DNA of 64,000 nucleotides from a virus, in the IMG/VR virus record IMGVR_UViG_3300028837_003734, positions 12,070 to 76,069 of that record; one strand, 5' to 3'. This document shows positions 47,095 through 57,886 of this stretch, in pieces. The first letter of the stretch is position 1. Each line of letters starts with the position of its first letter. The translations under genes and the position numbers were made by a program. The notes under the pieces were generated by a model. That model did not search any database, was not told the origin of the DNA, and saw only the letters and a list, made by a program, of their open reading frames with translations.

Positions 47095-49968
47095 ATGGCA
47101 ATGGAAATCTTTAAATTAATGGGAACGGTTGCCATAAATAAAGACCAGGCTTTAAAAGATATTAAGGCAGTACAAGATCAAGCCAAGCGAGCCTCTACAG
47201 AAATGGGAGGCTCTTTTACTAAATTTAGCGGATATGTGGAGCAGCATTCTGCCCAGATAAAAAAGGCTGGCAAGATGATGACCATATTCGGCGGGATTGC
47301 CACTGCTGTCTTTACCGTTGCGGTTAAAGGTGCGGCTGATTTCGAGACCCAATTAGCCAATGTCTCCACCATGCTTGACGCTTCAGCCATGAGAATTTTG
47401 CCGGAGTACAGAAAGGGTTTGCAATCTTTATCCGTAGAATTTGGGGAATCAACTGAAACACTTTCTAAAGGACTTTATGATATTCTATCAGCCAGTATAC
47501 CTCCCGCTGAGGCCTTAGGTGTATTGGAAGTTTCTGCCAGAGCAGCAGCTGCCGGCATCACCGATACTGGAGTGGCAGCCGATGCTATAACTACCATATT
47601 AAATTCTTATGGGTTTAGTGCTGATAAGGCTGGGATGGTGAGTGATAAATTATTTGCCATCGTCAAGGAAGGTAAGACTACCTTTGCTGAGTTGGCACCT
47701 TCGATCGGAAAGGTGGCTGCCACCGCTTCAATGGCCGGATTAAGTTTTGACGACTTAGGTGCCTGTATTGCCACTATGACTAGGGCTGGTATCCGGACAG
47801 AAGAAACCATGACCGCTATTAATGGTGTGCTGATAGCATTTCTCAAACCAACCGATGAGGCCATAGCAGCAGCGGGAAAATTCGGTTTAGAGCTTAATAC
47901 CACAACCCTTCAGACCGAAGGCCTGACCGGAGTAATGGAGAAACTGACCGACGCAACTGCTGAACAGCTTGCCGAAATATTCCCTAACATCAGAGGTTTA
48001 AAAGGAATGGCCGCGGCTTTAGGAGATGCCGAAGGGTATGCTAGAAGTTATGCACTAATGTTAGAATCGGCTGGTCTTACCCAGGAAGCCTTTGCTAAAC
48101 AATCGGATACCCTGAATTTTAAACTGGATCAACTGAAATCAATGTTTAATGTCATAAGAGTTACTATAGGCGATGCATTGATTCCCGCTGTGGAAGATAT
48201 CACTGAAAAAGTTATGGGAGCCATCATAAAAGTTAAAGAATGGACCGAAGCAAATAAACCTCTTACCGAGAGTTTAGTCAAATGGGGGGCCGGTGTTAGT
48301 GGGGTGATGTTAGTCTTAGGACCACTTATGATGATGCTTCCGGGCTTGGTTATTGCTTTGCCCAAGATTGTTGTTGCAATAAAAGCAATAAGTTTGGCAA
48401 TATCGGGAGCTGTTGGTGGGTTAGCCCTGCTTTCACCCCAAGTAGCCGGAGCAATATTATTGACCTTGGCGGTTTATGATATTTATACAAAAGTAGTAAA
48501 GGTTTTAAAGGAGGGCGAAGGGATTTTAGAGGAAGGCAAAAGAATCAGGGAGGCTGAAGCTGGAGCTATTGAAGCTCAAACTAGAGCAAATGAAAAGCTA
48601 CGAGAAGCTTATAACCTAACTGATGAGGAGATGCAATATTGGATTGAGAATCACAAATTATCGGCCTCTGTGTTGGAACGGGTCGCACAGCATTCAAGAG
48701 ATTTAGCTAAAATTCAATATCAATTAATTAGTACTGGAAGTGACCTTAGTGAAGTTACAGCAGAGACTACAAAGTCTTTTGAGGAGCTCGATGGGGCTAT
48801 CCTAAATACGATTATCAAGGGAGGCGAGCTTTCTGAACAGCAAGAGGATTATATGGAAAGACGTAAGCGGGTGTCTGATCTTGACCGCACAGTAACTCAA
48901 AGGAAGATTGACGATTTAGATATGGAATGCATTACTTTATTAGCTAATATGGATACTAATTTAATGACGATGGAGCAGATTGATGAATATAGGCAACTTA
49001 TGCTTGATCATATTATTGCAGGATCTTCAGAGAGAGAAGAACATTTAAGAAATTTGCAAGAAGTTGAGGATAAGTTATTTGAACTAGAACATACCCAAGT
49101 TGAGGTTAGAATTAGAGATTTAGAAAAGGAACGAGATGCCCGAATTGAGGCTGCAAAAGAAGCTATGCTGTCAGCAGAAAAACAGGCTGAAGCAATTGAG
49201 AAATTTAAAGAAGCCTTTGACAGGGAGAAAGCCTCGATTTTGGAACTTGCAATTGCGAGAAGTGAGAAGGAGATAGCCGGTATAAATGAAGCTATTGAAC
49301 GTCGTAAAGAGGCAGGCGAGTCAATTGATGAACTAATTAAAAAACGAAATGCAGAGATTGAAAATCTTAATAAATTAAAAGGGTCTTACGGCGAGACGGC
49401 TGTGGCTGCAGAAAAACTTGCCGCTGCGGAGGCCAAAAAGAAATTATTTAAAGTGGTTGATGCCGAAGGAAAGACAATTGGATTTAGGTCTCAGCATCAG
49501 TTGAGTCAAGAGGAATCCGCTGCTGGCGTAACCTTAGTGCCTATGATGAAGGGTGGTTTGGTTCAAACTTTTATAAATGCTATTAAACATTTGGCTGGTG
49601 GTGGAACCACAGATACCGTTCCCATTATGGCCACTCCCGGAGAATATGTGATTAAAAAAGAAATGGTAGATTTTATCAGAAGGACCGGAATGGTGACCGG
49701 GGGTTTAGTAGAAGCAATTAGAAAAGGCCTACCTACACCGAATCCTGCTTTTGCTGAAGGAGGAATAGTAGGAAGATGGACAGGAGCTCAGCTGGGTACT
49801 GCCCCTTCTGGGGGAGTTTGGAGCGGTAGCCTTGTTTTTGGCAGTGGGTCCATTGTTATAAATGCCAAAACTCTTGATGATGCTACTATAGACCAAGCGG
49901 GTGACAAGATAATGCAGGTAGTGCACAAAAAAGCCAGAGACGCTGGTTGGGTTTTCGGGAGGAGTTAA
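47095..49968 (+). CDS. Tape measure protein (TP901 family)
   Basis: FETQLANVSTM, GLYDILSA, GKTTFAELA; Ala-rich. Confidence 0.92.
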   Translation: MAMEIFKLMGTVAINKDQALKDIKAVQDQAKRASTEMGGSFTKFSGYVEQHSAQIKKAGKMMTIFGGIATAVFTVAVKGAADFETQLANVSTMLDASAMRILPEYRKGLQSLSVEFGESTETLSKGLYDILSASIPPAEALGVLEVSARAAAAGITDTGVAADAITTILNSYGFSADKAGMVSDKLFAIVKEGKTTFAELAPSIGKVAATASMAGLSFDDLGACIATMTRAGIRTEETMTAINGVLIAFLKPTDEAIAAAGKFGLELNTTTLQTEGLTGVMEKLTDATAEQLAEIFPNIRGLKGMAAALGDAEGYARSYALMLESAGLTQEAFAKQSDTLNFKLDQLKSMFNVIRVTIGDALIPAVEDITEKVMGAIIKVKEWTEANKPLTESLVKWGAGVSGVMLVLGPLMMMLPGLVIALPKIVVAIKAISLAISGAVGGLALLSPQVAGAILLTLAVYDIYTKVVKVLKEGEGILEEGKRIREAEAGAIEAQTRANEKLREAYNLTDEEMQYWIENHKLSASVLERVAQHSRDLAKIQYQLISTGSDLSEVTAETTKSFEELDGAILNTIIKGGELSEQQEDYMERRKRVSDLDRTVTQRKIDDLDMECITLLANMDTNLMTMEQIDEYRQLMLDHIIAGSSEREEHLRNLQEVEDKLFELEHTQVEVRIRDLEKERDARIEAAKEAMLSAEKQAEAIEKFKEAFDREKASILELAIARSEKEIAGINEAIERRKEAGESIDELIKKRNAEIENLNKLKGSYGETAVAAEKLAAAEAKKKLFKVVDAEGKTIGFRSQHQLSQEESAAGVTLVPMMKGGLVQTFINAIKHLAGGGTTDTVPIMATPGEYVIKKEMVDFIRRTGMVTGGLVEAIRKGLPTPNPAFAEGGIVGRWTGAQLGTAPSGGVWSGSLVFGSGSIVINAKTLDDATIDQAGDKIMQVVHKKARDAGWVFGRS

Positions 49969-50319
49969 ATGGAGATTAAATTGGGCATTCTAGATTCAGA
50001 AATTCCTTTTTATTATGTAAATGTAAATGACGAGACCATTAAGCCAAAATCTGAGCATGGAGTTATTTCAGGTGGTATTAAGTTTCAGGAAGCTCATAAC
50101 TCCCACAAAGTTTATTCTTTTGAGTTTGTCTATTTAACTTATGCTGAGAAAGTAGCTTTGGAAGCGATCTTTGTTCTACCAAATATTTTAAATGTCAAGT
50201 TTGAAACTGAGAGTTTTGATGTTAATCATAGCATAAAATTCAGAAATCCGTTTAGTGTGATCCGTAGCCAGAGAATACCATCTGGCTACGAAGCTACTAT
50301 TGTGGGGGTGGAGGTTTAA
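49969..50319 (+). CDS. Distal tail protein-like
   Basis: Position after the tape measure gene. Confidence 0.55.
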   Translation: MEIKLGILDSEIPFYYVNVNDETIKPKSEHGVISGGIKFQEAHNSHKVYSFEFVYLTYAEKVALEAIFVLPNILNVKFETESFDVNHSIKFRNPFSVIRSQRIPSGYEATIVGVEV

Positions 50320-50322
50320 TTT

Positions 50323-51951
50323 GTGCAAGATTTAAAGGGCTTGGCTACTACGGATTTTGATGTAAAGTCACATGTAGCTGTGGGAAAAATAAAGGTTGAT
50401 ACAACGGGTTGGAATAATTTTCAGGAATTACCCGACGTCGAATCATGTAGAATTAGCAGCAATTTAATCGATGAAGTAATGTTGTTTTCAGCTGCAAGTT
50501 TTACTATAACCTGTTTGAATACTGATGATAGATATTCGTGGTTAGATGAGGGGGCGACCCATTATAATTGGTTACGCCAGGGAAGAAAAATTAAATTATA
50601 CATTGGAATTAGGGTAAGTGATACAAATTACCATTGGAAATGGATTACCGGCAGGATAGATGAACCTAAATTTACTCAGGAGGCAGGCGAGGAGATTTGT
50701 ACTATAACTGGCAGATGCCTTATGAGAATGCTCATTGAAAATAGAATGAAGCAAGTTTATTGGGGGGCTCAGAGATTTTTTAATACTTATGATAGTAAAG
50801 ATGAATATCCAATGCCGGCAGGTTGTACGGGAGTTCGTTGTACGGGGGTTCACCGGGCTTTTCTCGATGCGAAATATCCTTATGATGGCACTAACTTGAA
50901 GGAAATTACTCTCAATTCGGGCTGGACTTACGACTGGACAACTAATATATTCTTGTTATTAAGAAATATTATTCCTTATTATGACGGTAATAATAATTTG
51001 GTGGTTTATTATTTCAAATCTCAGGTTCCGGAGGAAGTAGTTGCCGATATTTTAGTTGAATCAGGATTTCTAAGAGAAGATGAACGTATATCCTGGCTTG
51101 CAAATAGTGATTACGTAACGCCTACCGGTAAAACTATTGACAGAGTTTGGTTTAATAAGGGAACCACTTGTTTGGAGGCCCTTAGGTTGGTAGCGGAGGC
51201 AGTTCAGTATCGATTTTATCCCGATCACGATGGCAATCCTATTTTTAAGCCACCGCCAACTTCCAGCGCTGCGGTTAAGTTAATAACTGTAGATAATATT
51301 ACTATTAATAATCGCAGGGAGTTAGTTGGTGAAGTTAAAAATCATATAATTGTTAAAGGTGAGGAGAGAAAGAAATTAGTTAAAATACCAACCGTTACCA
51401 CTCATGCAGCAACTGTTGATGTTGATCTTGAAGTTGCGATATTGTATGGAGTAATGGATTCAGATGGTAAGGGTGGCGTGAATAGAAGAGGATTTCAGTG
51501 GGGTGTTGCTTTACTTGCTACCGGAGATTGGTATGAAGATGGTCCTTTTGAAATAGGACAGTTTGAGCATCAATTGACTGAATCGGAGTTAGATGATTTT
51601 GTGCTTGAGGACGGGAATATAACAATTTATGATATTAGTGTTGCTGCGGATAAGATTAATGTATCCTTTAGCATTTCTACAGGCACGAAGATCTATTTTA
51701 GCTCAACTGACACTCTGCCTGACCCTCTGGTTGCGGGAACAGCATATTATGCCATTAAGACGGATCCGTTGCGTATTCAGGTAGCAGCAACAAAGGATGA
51801 TGCTTTAGCGGGAATCCAGATAGATTTAATCGATCGGGGAATTGGAGTTCATACCGTGACATTGAGCATAGGTCACTGGTATCGGGCATTTGTAAGAAAT
51901 TCACAAGGAATGTTTTTTGGTAAATGGATTTGGATTGAAGTAACATTTTAA
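50323..51951 (+). CDS. Baseplate hub/Tal-like protein (N-terminal part)
   Basis: LEALRLVAEAVQYRFYPDHDGNPIF, VKNHIIVKG. Confidence 0.7.
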   Translation: MQDLKGLATTDFDVKSHVAVGKIKVDTTGWNNFQELPDVESCRISSNLIDEVMLFSAASFTITCLNTDDRYSWLDEGATHYNWLRQGRKIKLYIGIRVSDTNYHWKWITGRIDEPKFTQEAGEEICTITGRCLMRMLIENRMKQVYWGAQRFFNTYDSKDEYPMPAGCTGVRCTGVHRAFLDAKYPYDGTNLKEITLNSGWTYDWTTNIFLLLRNIIPYYDGNNNLVVYYFKSQVPEEVVADILVESGFLREDERISWLANSDYVTPTGKTIDRVWFNKGTTCLEALRLVAEAVQYRFYPDHDGNPIFKPPPTSSAAVKLITVDNITINNRRELVGEVKNHIIVKGEERKKLVKIPTVTTHAATVDVDLEVAILYGVMDSDGKGGVNRRGFQWGVALLATGDWYEDGPFEIGQFEHQLTESELDDFVLEDGNITIYDISVAADKINVSFSISTGTKIYFSSTDTLPDPLVAGTAYYAIKTDPLRIQVAATKDDALAGIQIDLIDRGIGVHTVTLSIGHWYRAFVRNSQGMFFGKWIWIEVTF

Positions 51952-51965
51952 GGATTATAAATAAA

Positions 51966-54512
51966 ATGACAGATAAAGTTAACCTTATTATGGCTAATAA
52001 TGCTACTGGGAAGATCATAACTAAAAATGGTTTGGGTAGTAGTAACTCAAGTGAGATTTCGGCTCCATATGGAAGCCCTGGTGGGCTTACTTTTGATCAC
52101 AATACGGGTCAATTGATTAGTGCGTATACTCCCTCGGGAATGAATATAGGTAAGATTATCATTCATGTGGGAGTGACTGCTGCCATCAGTAGTGAATTTG
52201 TAATTCCGTCTGTTAATGGAGATCCTGAGAAGGTCACAAAACCCTATGGGTTGGCCTTCGATGGGGAGAATATAATTGCTGTAGTATACGACGAAGAACC
52301 AGCTCCGTATCAGAGCGGCCATATAGTCATATTCTCAGGCAAGACTGGAGTTGTCGCAAGTAGATTTGACGTTCCACATGGCACTCCAAAAGGGCTCACT
52401 TGGGATGGAGAAAACTTAGTATATATTGACTCTAGTGGAGAAGAGATTTATATTTTGGTAGGAAAGACAGGAGTGGTAAGTAGTCATTTTGATTCCCCTT
52501 CCTGGGGCGTGAATGAAGACCCTTGGGGCGTTGCCTGGGATGGGATTACACTCGCAGTTATAGACAAAGGACAGGATGTATGGGTTCGCTGTACATATCC
52601 GGCTGGAGCTTATATAAATTTGTATAGTTCTTCTACATATGTTTTCGGTTGTACGGTGGATGGCAGGATTATTGTTCCTACAGTTATAACAAATGTGGCT
52701 GATGATGTTACTTTATCAAGAGCAAGGATGCATGCCGAAGTGACTGATGCTGGCGGGGAGAGTGTCAATTTACTTAGACAGTTTGAGTATAAAAAAGGAT
52801 TAGAAGGTGCAATTTCTACTGTATCGGGAATAGCAGGTCTTGAGGGTAATTACAGTAAATTGATAACAGGATTGGATGCTGATTCACTTTATTATTTTCG
52901 AGCGAAGTCAGGCAAATATACAGACCCTGCTTATGGGGAATGGCTGACATTTTACACAGGCCCAGAGGTTTTAAATATTAAAGCCGAATTAAACAGCGTC
53001 TTTGCAAGGGTTCTCTTGTATGGGGAAATAGTAACTTTGCTTGGTACGACTATGGTTGAGAGAGGTTTTGAATATAAAATTCAAGATGCAGAACCTGGCA
53101 TTGAGGATACGGGGACTGAAGTAAAGGAATTCAGCGCAGGATTTGCTGCAGAGGAATATTCTTTAAGAAATAAAACGCTGTATGACCAGCAATATATTGC
53201 TGACAATATCATTTGGTGGTTTAGGGCATATTGTAAGGACGATGGTGCTAATAAATATGTTGCAGGTACTTGGATGAAGAATATGCCTACTGTTATAACA
53301 GAAGCTGTTAGTGCGATTAATTATAATCAAGCGGATGGAAATGGTATAGTTGTAAAAGAGGGAGCGTCGGGATTAACTGAACGTGGTTTTGAAGTAAAGC
53401 ATAAATTTTCTGGTCGGTTATCAGACTCTTGGAAATTTGAGATAGCAGGTTTTGAGGGTGAGTTGGAAGCTAAAACAACAGTAAATGACATTGGTGTTAT
53501 AACTGATTTTTATTGGGCTGGAGATTTGATAAAAACTGTCTTGGAAATAGATGATTTAGAATTAGGCGTTTTTGTTATAACAATTGGAGAAATGATTGGG
53601 AGTTGGCCTGTAGCAGATGATTGTTTAATTGAAGGAAAGGTATATAAGTGTAGAGCTTTTGCTTCAAATGAGTTTGGTACTGTCTATGGAGAAGAGGTGG
53701 ATTTTCCGACTCCACCGAGATCTTATCTCACAAATGAACCTAATGGCAATGGCGGTGGGGGTGCGGAGCCCACAGTAGGAGAGACAACTGTTGTTAAACA
53801 CGAAGGTATTATAAATTTACCTGAAGAAATTTATGCGACAAGAAGAGGATTTAGATATGGTACTACCGAAGCGGCAGATGAATTTGATGTTCATGAAGAC
53901 GGGAGTTTTACGAATGGTTCATTTGATATGATGTTGCCGGATTTATTGCCCGCTACTACCTATTATATTTATGCTTACATTGTGGTAAACGGGATTACTT
54001 ATGAAGGTGAAATGGAAATAGTTCCGACTGATTCTGAGGGGACAAAGGATGAGGATGAGTATCCTACCCCACATTTTAGCCCTCATGGACAGGACTACCG
54101 TGAAATGTCAACAAAAGTTTTTGCAGAATCTCTGGCCAGCCAGGGGGTAATAGATTTTAGCGGGGGAAAGAAAACATTATCGATTACTAACCATTTGATT
54201 CAAGCAAATCCCAATGCTAAGGTAATTGCGAATAATTATTTAGATAGGTTTAAACTTGCAAAGACGCGGATGACAGTTACGTTTCCTACCCCGCTGCCTT
54301 TTGAGCGGGAGGACACGGTCGATTTTAGTTATGGAGCTCTTTTATTCAAGGAAGATGATGAAGGAGTAGTTCTTTTCAAAGAAGATGGTGAGGGTTTGTC
54401 TGTGCTTTTAGATAAGGTAACGATGATCATTAAAAAAATTAATAGTGTTGGTTTAGTTAAAACAGAGGAATCTATTGAATATGTGGCGGAACTTGATTTA
54501 GAACACGAATAG
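51966..54512 (+). CDS. Tail protein: beta-propeller + FN3-like repeats + hub C-terminal part
   Basis: GL(A/T)(F/W)DGEN repeats; PTV.T...RGF.Y...YYFRA repeats. Confidence 0.7.
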   Translation: MTDKVNLIMANNATGKIITKNGLGSSNSSEISAPYGSPGGLTFDHNTGQLISAYTPSGMNIGKIIIHVGVTAAISSEFVIPSVNGDPEKVTKPYGLAFDGENIIAVVYDEEPAPYQSGHIVIFSGKTGVVASRFDVPHGTPKGLTWDGENLVYIDSSGEEIYILVGKTGVVSSHFDSPSWGVNEDPWGVAWDGITLAVIDKGQDVWVRCTYPAGAYINLYSSSTYVFGCTVDGRIIVPTVITNVADDVTLSRARMHAEVTDAGGESVNLLRQFEYKKGLEGAISTVSGIAGLEGNYSKLITGLDADSLYYFRAKSGKYTDPAYGEWLTFYTGPEVLNIKAELNSVFARVLLYGEIVTLLGTTMVERGFEYKIQDAEPGIEDTGTEVKEFSAGFAAEEYSLRNKTLYDQQYIADNIIWWFRAYCKDDGANKYVAGTWMKNMPTVITEAVSAINYNQADGNGIVVKEGASGLTERGFEVKHKFSGRLSDSWKFEIAGFEGELEAKTTVNDIGVITDFYWAGDLIKTVLEIDDLELGVFVITIGEMIGSWPVADDCLIEGKVYKCRAFASNEFGTVYGEEVDFPTPPRSYLTNEPNGNGGGGAEPTVGETTVVKHEGIINLPEEIYATRRGFRYGTTEAADEFDVHEDGSFTNGSFDMMLPDLLPATTYYIYAYIVVNGITYEGEMEIVPTDSEGTKDEDEYPTPHFSPHGQDYREMSTKVFAESLASQGVIDFSGGKKTLSITNHLIQANPNAKVIANNYLDRFKLAKTRMTVTFPTPLPFEREDTVDFSYGALLFKEDDEGVVLFKEDGEGLSVLLDKVTMIIKKINSVGLVKTEESIEYVAELDLEHE

Positions 54513-54523
54513 GAGTTGAGGTT

Positions 54524-55372
54524 ATGACGATCCATAAATTTTATCAGACAGATGTAAATGGCAAGGTAACGACTGCTCATCATGTTGATGAGAAGAATAT
54601 TATTAATGAACTAAGGAGGATTCTTAATGATATTGCCACCACTTTTGGACAGACAAAATTGGGAGATGGTTTTTATCCTAAGGATGATGAGCAGGGTTTA
54701 GAGTTTGATACAAATAGAATTACTATTATAACCGTTGCAGATACTTTAACTATAAGACAATGTGGCTTGGTAAAGCTATCTGCAGCATCGCCTTATGCTT
54801 TAGGTTTACCCACAGCGATTGATAATACCGGAAGATATTATTGCCTTTATAAATCTGATTATAATAGTAATTTGATAACCATTGATGCCCATGAAGAGGA
54901 AAAAATTAATGGTCAACCGACATATGCAGGCTTAAATTACCAGTATGCTTTTGTAATTTTAAGGTCTAATGGTGTTGAGTGGATTATCCTTTCTTCCGGG
55001 TTTAAGAATGTGACGGATGATGCCCAGTTAAAAAGAGCGGCTGGGGATATGATCACTTTTGAGGAGAAGAACCCTCCTCTTGATGATGATGACGTTATTC
55101 TTATCGAGGATAGCGTGGCAGGCCACGTGAAGAAGATGGCAAAGGTTTCCAGTCTGTTGGAAACCAAAGCAGAAATGGGTAAGGTTTTAGCTTTTAATTA
55201 TGATAGCAATGGGGATGTGCAACCGGCGGAAGATCCCGGTCCAATGGATATCTATCATGAGAGGGATGAGCATAATGATTTAATGCCTATTCTTAATCTT
55301 AAGGTTCCTAACACTATTAATTTTTTCTTTGAGATTGATACAAACGGCGATATTGAGCCGAGAGAAGTTTAA
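54524..55372 (+). CDS. Tail fibre/baseplate-associated protein
   Basis: LPTA..NTGR...K...ITID...INGQ...LRSNGVEW motif. Confidence 0.55.
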   Translation: MTIHKFYQTDVNGKVTTAHHVDEKNIINELRRILNDIATTFGQTKLGDGFYPKDDEQGLEFDTNRITIITVADTLTIRQCGLVKLSAASPYALGLPTAIDNTGRYYCLYKSDYNSNLITIDAHEEEKINGQPTYAGLNYQYAFVILRSNGVEWIILSSGFKNVTDDAQLKRAAGDMITFEEKNPPLDDDDVILIEDSVAGHVKKMAKVSSLLETKAEMGKVLAFNYDSNGDVQPAEDPGPMDIYHERDEHNDLMPILNLKVPNTINFFFEIDTNGDIEPREV

Positions 55373-55392
55373 AAGAAAGGAAGGTGATTTAA

Positions 55393-56496
55393 ATGACTAC
55401 TCCGAATCAAGTACCAAGAGCAACTGGAGAGGGAGAAATTGGAACCAAGTCTAAAAAATGGGGGAAGGGCTGGTTTAACCAGTTATTTCTCGGTTCTAGC
55501 GGAATAGTGGATGCTAATGAATTATCAGTAATAAAGATAGAATTAACTGCATCTGCCGTAAATGAGATTACTCTTAAGAATGCAGCGACGTTGAATGCGC
55601 CTCAAGCGAAGGCCACGGGAACGGATGAGGATATCGATTTTAAGATTAAGACGAAAGGTGTAGGAAATTTTGTAGTTGTTGATGGTTCAGATAATGCGAT
55701 AGTAGAGTTCCACACTATTGCAGATGCAGTTAATTTTTTGAAGTTTATTGCCTCAGCTACATTGAATACTTTGACTATTCAAGCAATAGGCGAAGATACA
55801 GATATTGATATTACATTGACACCTAAAGGGGCGGGCAAGGTCAAAACTGCATTTGGAGTTGAGCTAAATGGGACTGGCAAGGAATTATTAGCAAAAATTA
55901 ATACTTTGAGTTTTACTGAGCAGGTTCTCACATCAGGAGAGGCTATTGCTTGGGATTTGACGAAGGGCAATAAGGCAACTCTTACGGCCGTGCATAACTT
56001 TACAATTACAATTGCAAAACCGTCTGGAGCTGTTGATGCTGTGTTAATTATTACTCAGGATGCAATGGGTAGCAAGTTATTAGATGAAATTATAACTCAA
56101 TCAGATGCCGTAATAGATGTGGCTGATGTGCATGCAGAAACGGATATTATAGATGTATCAATTGATATCCCCACAGGAGCAAGAATCAGATTTAAGACTA
56201 CTAATGCTTTGCCAACAGGTTTACCGGGAGTCGATACAATTTGTTATGCGATTCGTATTAGTGATCATGAAATCAAAGTAGCAGACACAAAAGCTCATGC
56301 CCATGCCGGAACAGATATCTTTGATATTACCGATCAAGGGACAGGAACTCATACTGTTCAGCAGTTAGTTAAATGGCCAGGAGGCACAAAAGGAGTTTTA
56401 CAGACCGGAAAAGGTCTTGAGGATATATTAAAGCTCCATTACAAAACTGCTGATGAACAATGGTATGCAGAAGCACTTATTGCGAATCTTAGTTAA
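55393..56496 (+). CDS. Tail fibre-like protein
   Basis: Repeats A.G.D.DID...KG.G; C-terminal WD...LIITQD..G...VKWPGG. Confidence 0.6.
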   Translation: MTTPNQVPRATGEGEIGTKSKKWGKGWFNQLFLGSSGIVDANELSVIKIELTASAVNEITLKNAATLNAPQAKATGTDEDIDFKIKTKGVGNFVVVDGSDNAIVEFHTIADAVNFLKFIASATLNTLTIQAIGEDTDIDITLTPKGAGKVKTAFGVELNGTGKELLAKINTLSFTEQVLTSGEAIAWDLTKGNKATLTAVHNFTITIAKPSGAVDAVLIITQDAMGSKLLDEIITQSDAVIDVADVHAETDIIDVSIDIPTGARIRFKTTNALPTGLPGVDTICYAIRISDHEIKVADTKAHAHAGTDIFDITDQGTGTHTVQQLVKWPGGTKGVLQTGKGLEDILKLHYKTADEQWYAEALIANLS

Positions 56497-56514
56497 AAAT
56501 TAGAGGAGTGATGA

Positions 56515-57885
56515 ATGATGTTTAAGAAAAAGTTTGCAATTATTGCGTTAATACTTTGTATAGTTTTAATGGCTGGTTATTTTGTTGTAAATACAGGAGC
56601 GGCATCGACGGTTTTATTGGCTATACAAGGTGCGATTACTGATGGTAATTTAATTAAATTTAGTGGGACTAAAGGATTAGGAGAGGATGCAGGAGTTGCA
56701 ACCGAGACGACTTTAACAACTGATTCGGATGCCAAGATACCAACTTCGAAAGCAATTAATGATTTTTGTGAGACTACCCAGGGTTATTTAACTACCGAGG
56801 TTGATCCAACCGTGGATTCTGACGCAAAGATAAAAGCAATATTGGTTGATGAAGTAACTAAGACCGGTGATTTTACTCCTGGAAGAATGGCAAAGATAAA
56901 TAATGCTACTGGAATTATAGAGCAAGGGACTAATACTGATACTGATGTAGCCGATGCGGTTACCAAGAAGCATACCCAAAATACCGATGCCGATTTAGAT
57001 GCTACCTTTGAGGCAACCTTCGTTAAGAAAGTAGATACCGTAAATGTTTTATCTGATATAACCTCTCCCGGAGCGAATATCGAGGATGCGGTTACCAAGA
57101 AACATACTTCAGGAAGTGAAACTCAGGGTGGAGATGTATCTGGGACAGTAGGAAATGCTTCTGTCGATAAGATTAAAAGAGGATTGGATGCCAGTAAATC
57201 GGCCACTCCTGCCGTAGGAGATATATATTTAGCAACCGATACCGATAAATTATATAAATGTATAACCGCTGAGGCCTGGACCTTACTTAAAAACTTAGAT
57301 TTATCAGGGAATAATGTTGCGGATTTAGCGGACATTACTTCTGCTGGGGCTGATATCGAAGACGCGGTAGCCAAGAAGCATACCCAAAATACCGATACCG
57401 ATTTAGATGCTGATTTCGAGGCAACCTTTGTTAAGAAAGCAGATACTGTAAATGTTTTAAGTGATATAACTTCTCCTGGTGCAGATATTGAAGATGCAGT
57501 AAGTAAAAAGCATACCCAGAATACGGATACTGCAGCTGGCGGAGAGTGGGATTTTGGTGCTCATTCAGCAGGATTTACCATACAAACTGCTGGTGGAGAT
57601 GGTACCACAACTATAGATTGGACACTGGGGAATTACTTTAAATTTACACATGGTGCCACGGATGAGACTTTTACCTTTGACCCAGCACCGACTAAACCTA
57701 GTCATTTAACCCTTATAATTATTCAAGATGGTATAGGTGGTAGGGATTCTACCTGGCCTGTGTCTGTAAAGTGGTTAGGGGCAGAGCCGACTTGGACAGA
57801 TGGTGGAGCAGGTAAAGGAATAGTAATGGCTATAGTTTATGATGGAACATCATATTGGTCACAAGGCACACCGTGGGAGGAATAA
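56515..57885 (+). CDS. Fibre-like repeat protein with N-terminal signal peptide
   Basis: DAV.KKHT repeats; C-terminal IDW..GN...LIIIQDG.G.R..TWP.SVKW domain. Confidence 0.65.
   Translation: MMFKKKFAIIALILCIVLMAGYFVVNTGAASTVLLAIQGAITDGNLIKFSGTKGLGEDAGVATETTLTTDSDAKIPTSKAINDFCETTQGYLTTEVDPTVDSDAKIKAILVDEVTKTGDFTPGRMAKINNATGIIEQGTNTDTDVADAVTKKHTQNTDADLDATFEATFVKKVDTVNVLSDITSPGANIEDAVTKKHTSGSETQGGDVSGTVGNASVDKIKRGLDASKSATPAVGDIYLATDTDKLYKCITAEAWTLLKNLDLSGNNVADLADITSAGADIEDAVAKKHTQNTDTDLDADFEATFVKKADTVNVLSDITSPGADIEDAVSKKHTQNTDTAAGGEWDFGAHSAGFTIQTAGGDGTTTIDWTLGNYFKFTHGATDETFTFDPAPTKPSHLTLIIIQDGIGGRDSTWPVSVKWLGAEPTWTDGGAGKGIVMAIVYDGTSYWSQGTPWEE
56947..57530 (+). repeat. Internal ~150-bp coding duplication
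   Basis: KKHTQNTD.DLDA.FEATFVKK.DTVNVLSDITSPGA.IEDAV occurs twice. Confidence 0.85.
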
Positions 57886-57886
57886 C

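Noticed and set aside
56947-57530. DGR template/variable repeat pair
   Set aside because: Differences are mostly synonymous rather than adenine-specific, and no reverse transcriptase is in the window
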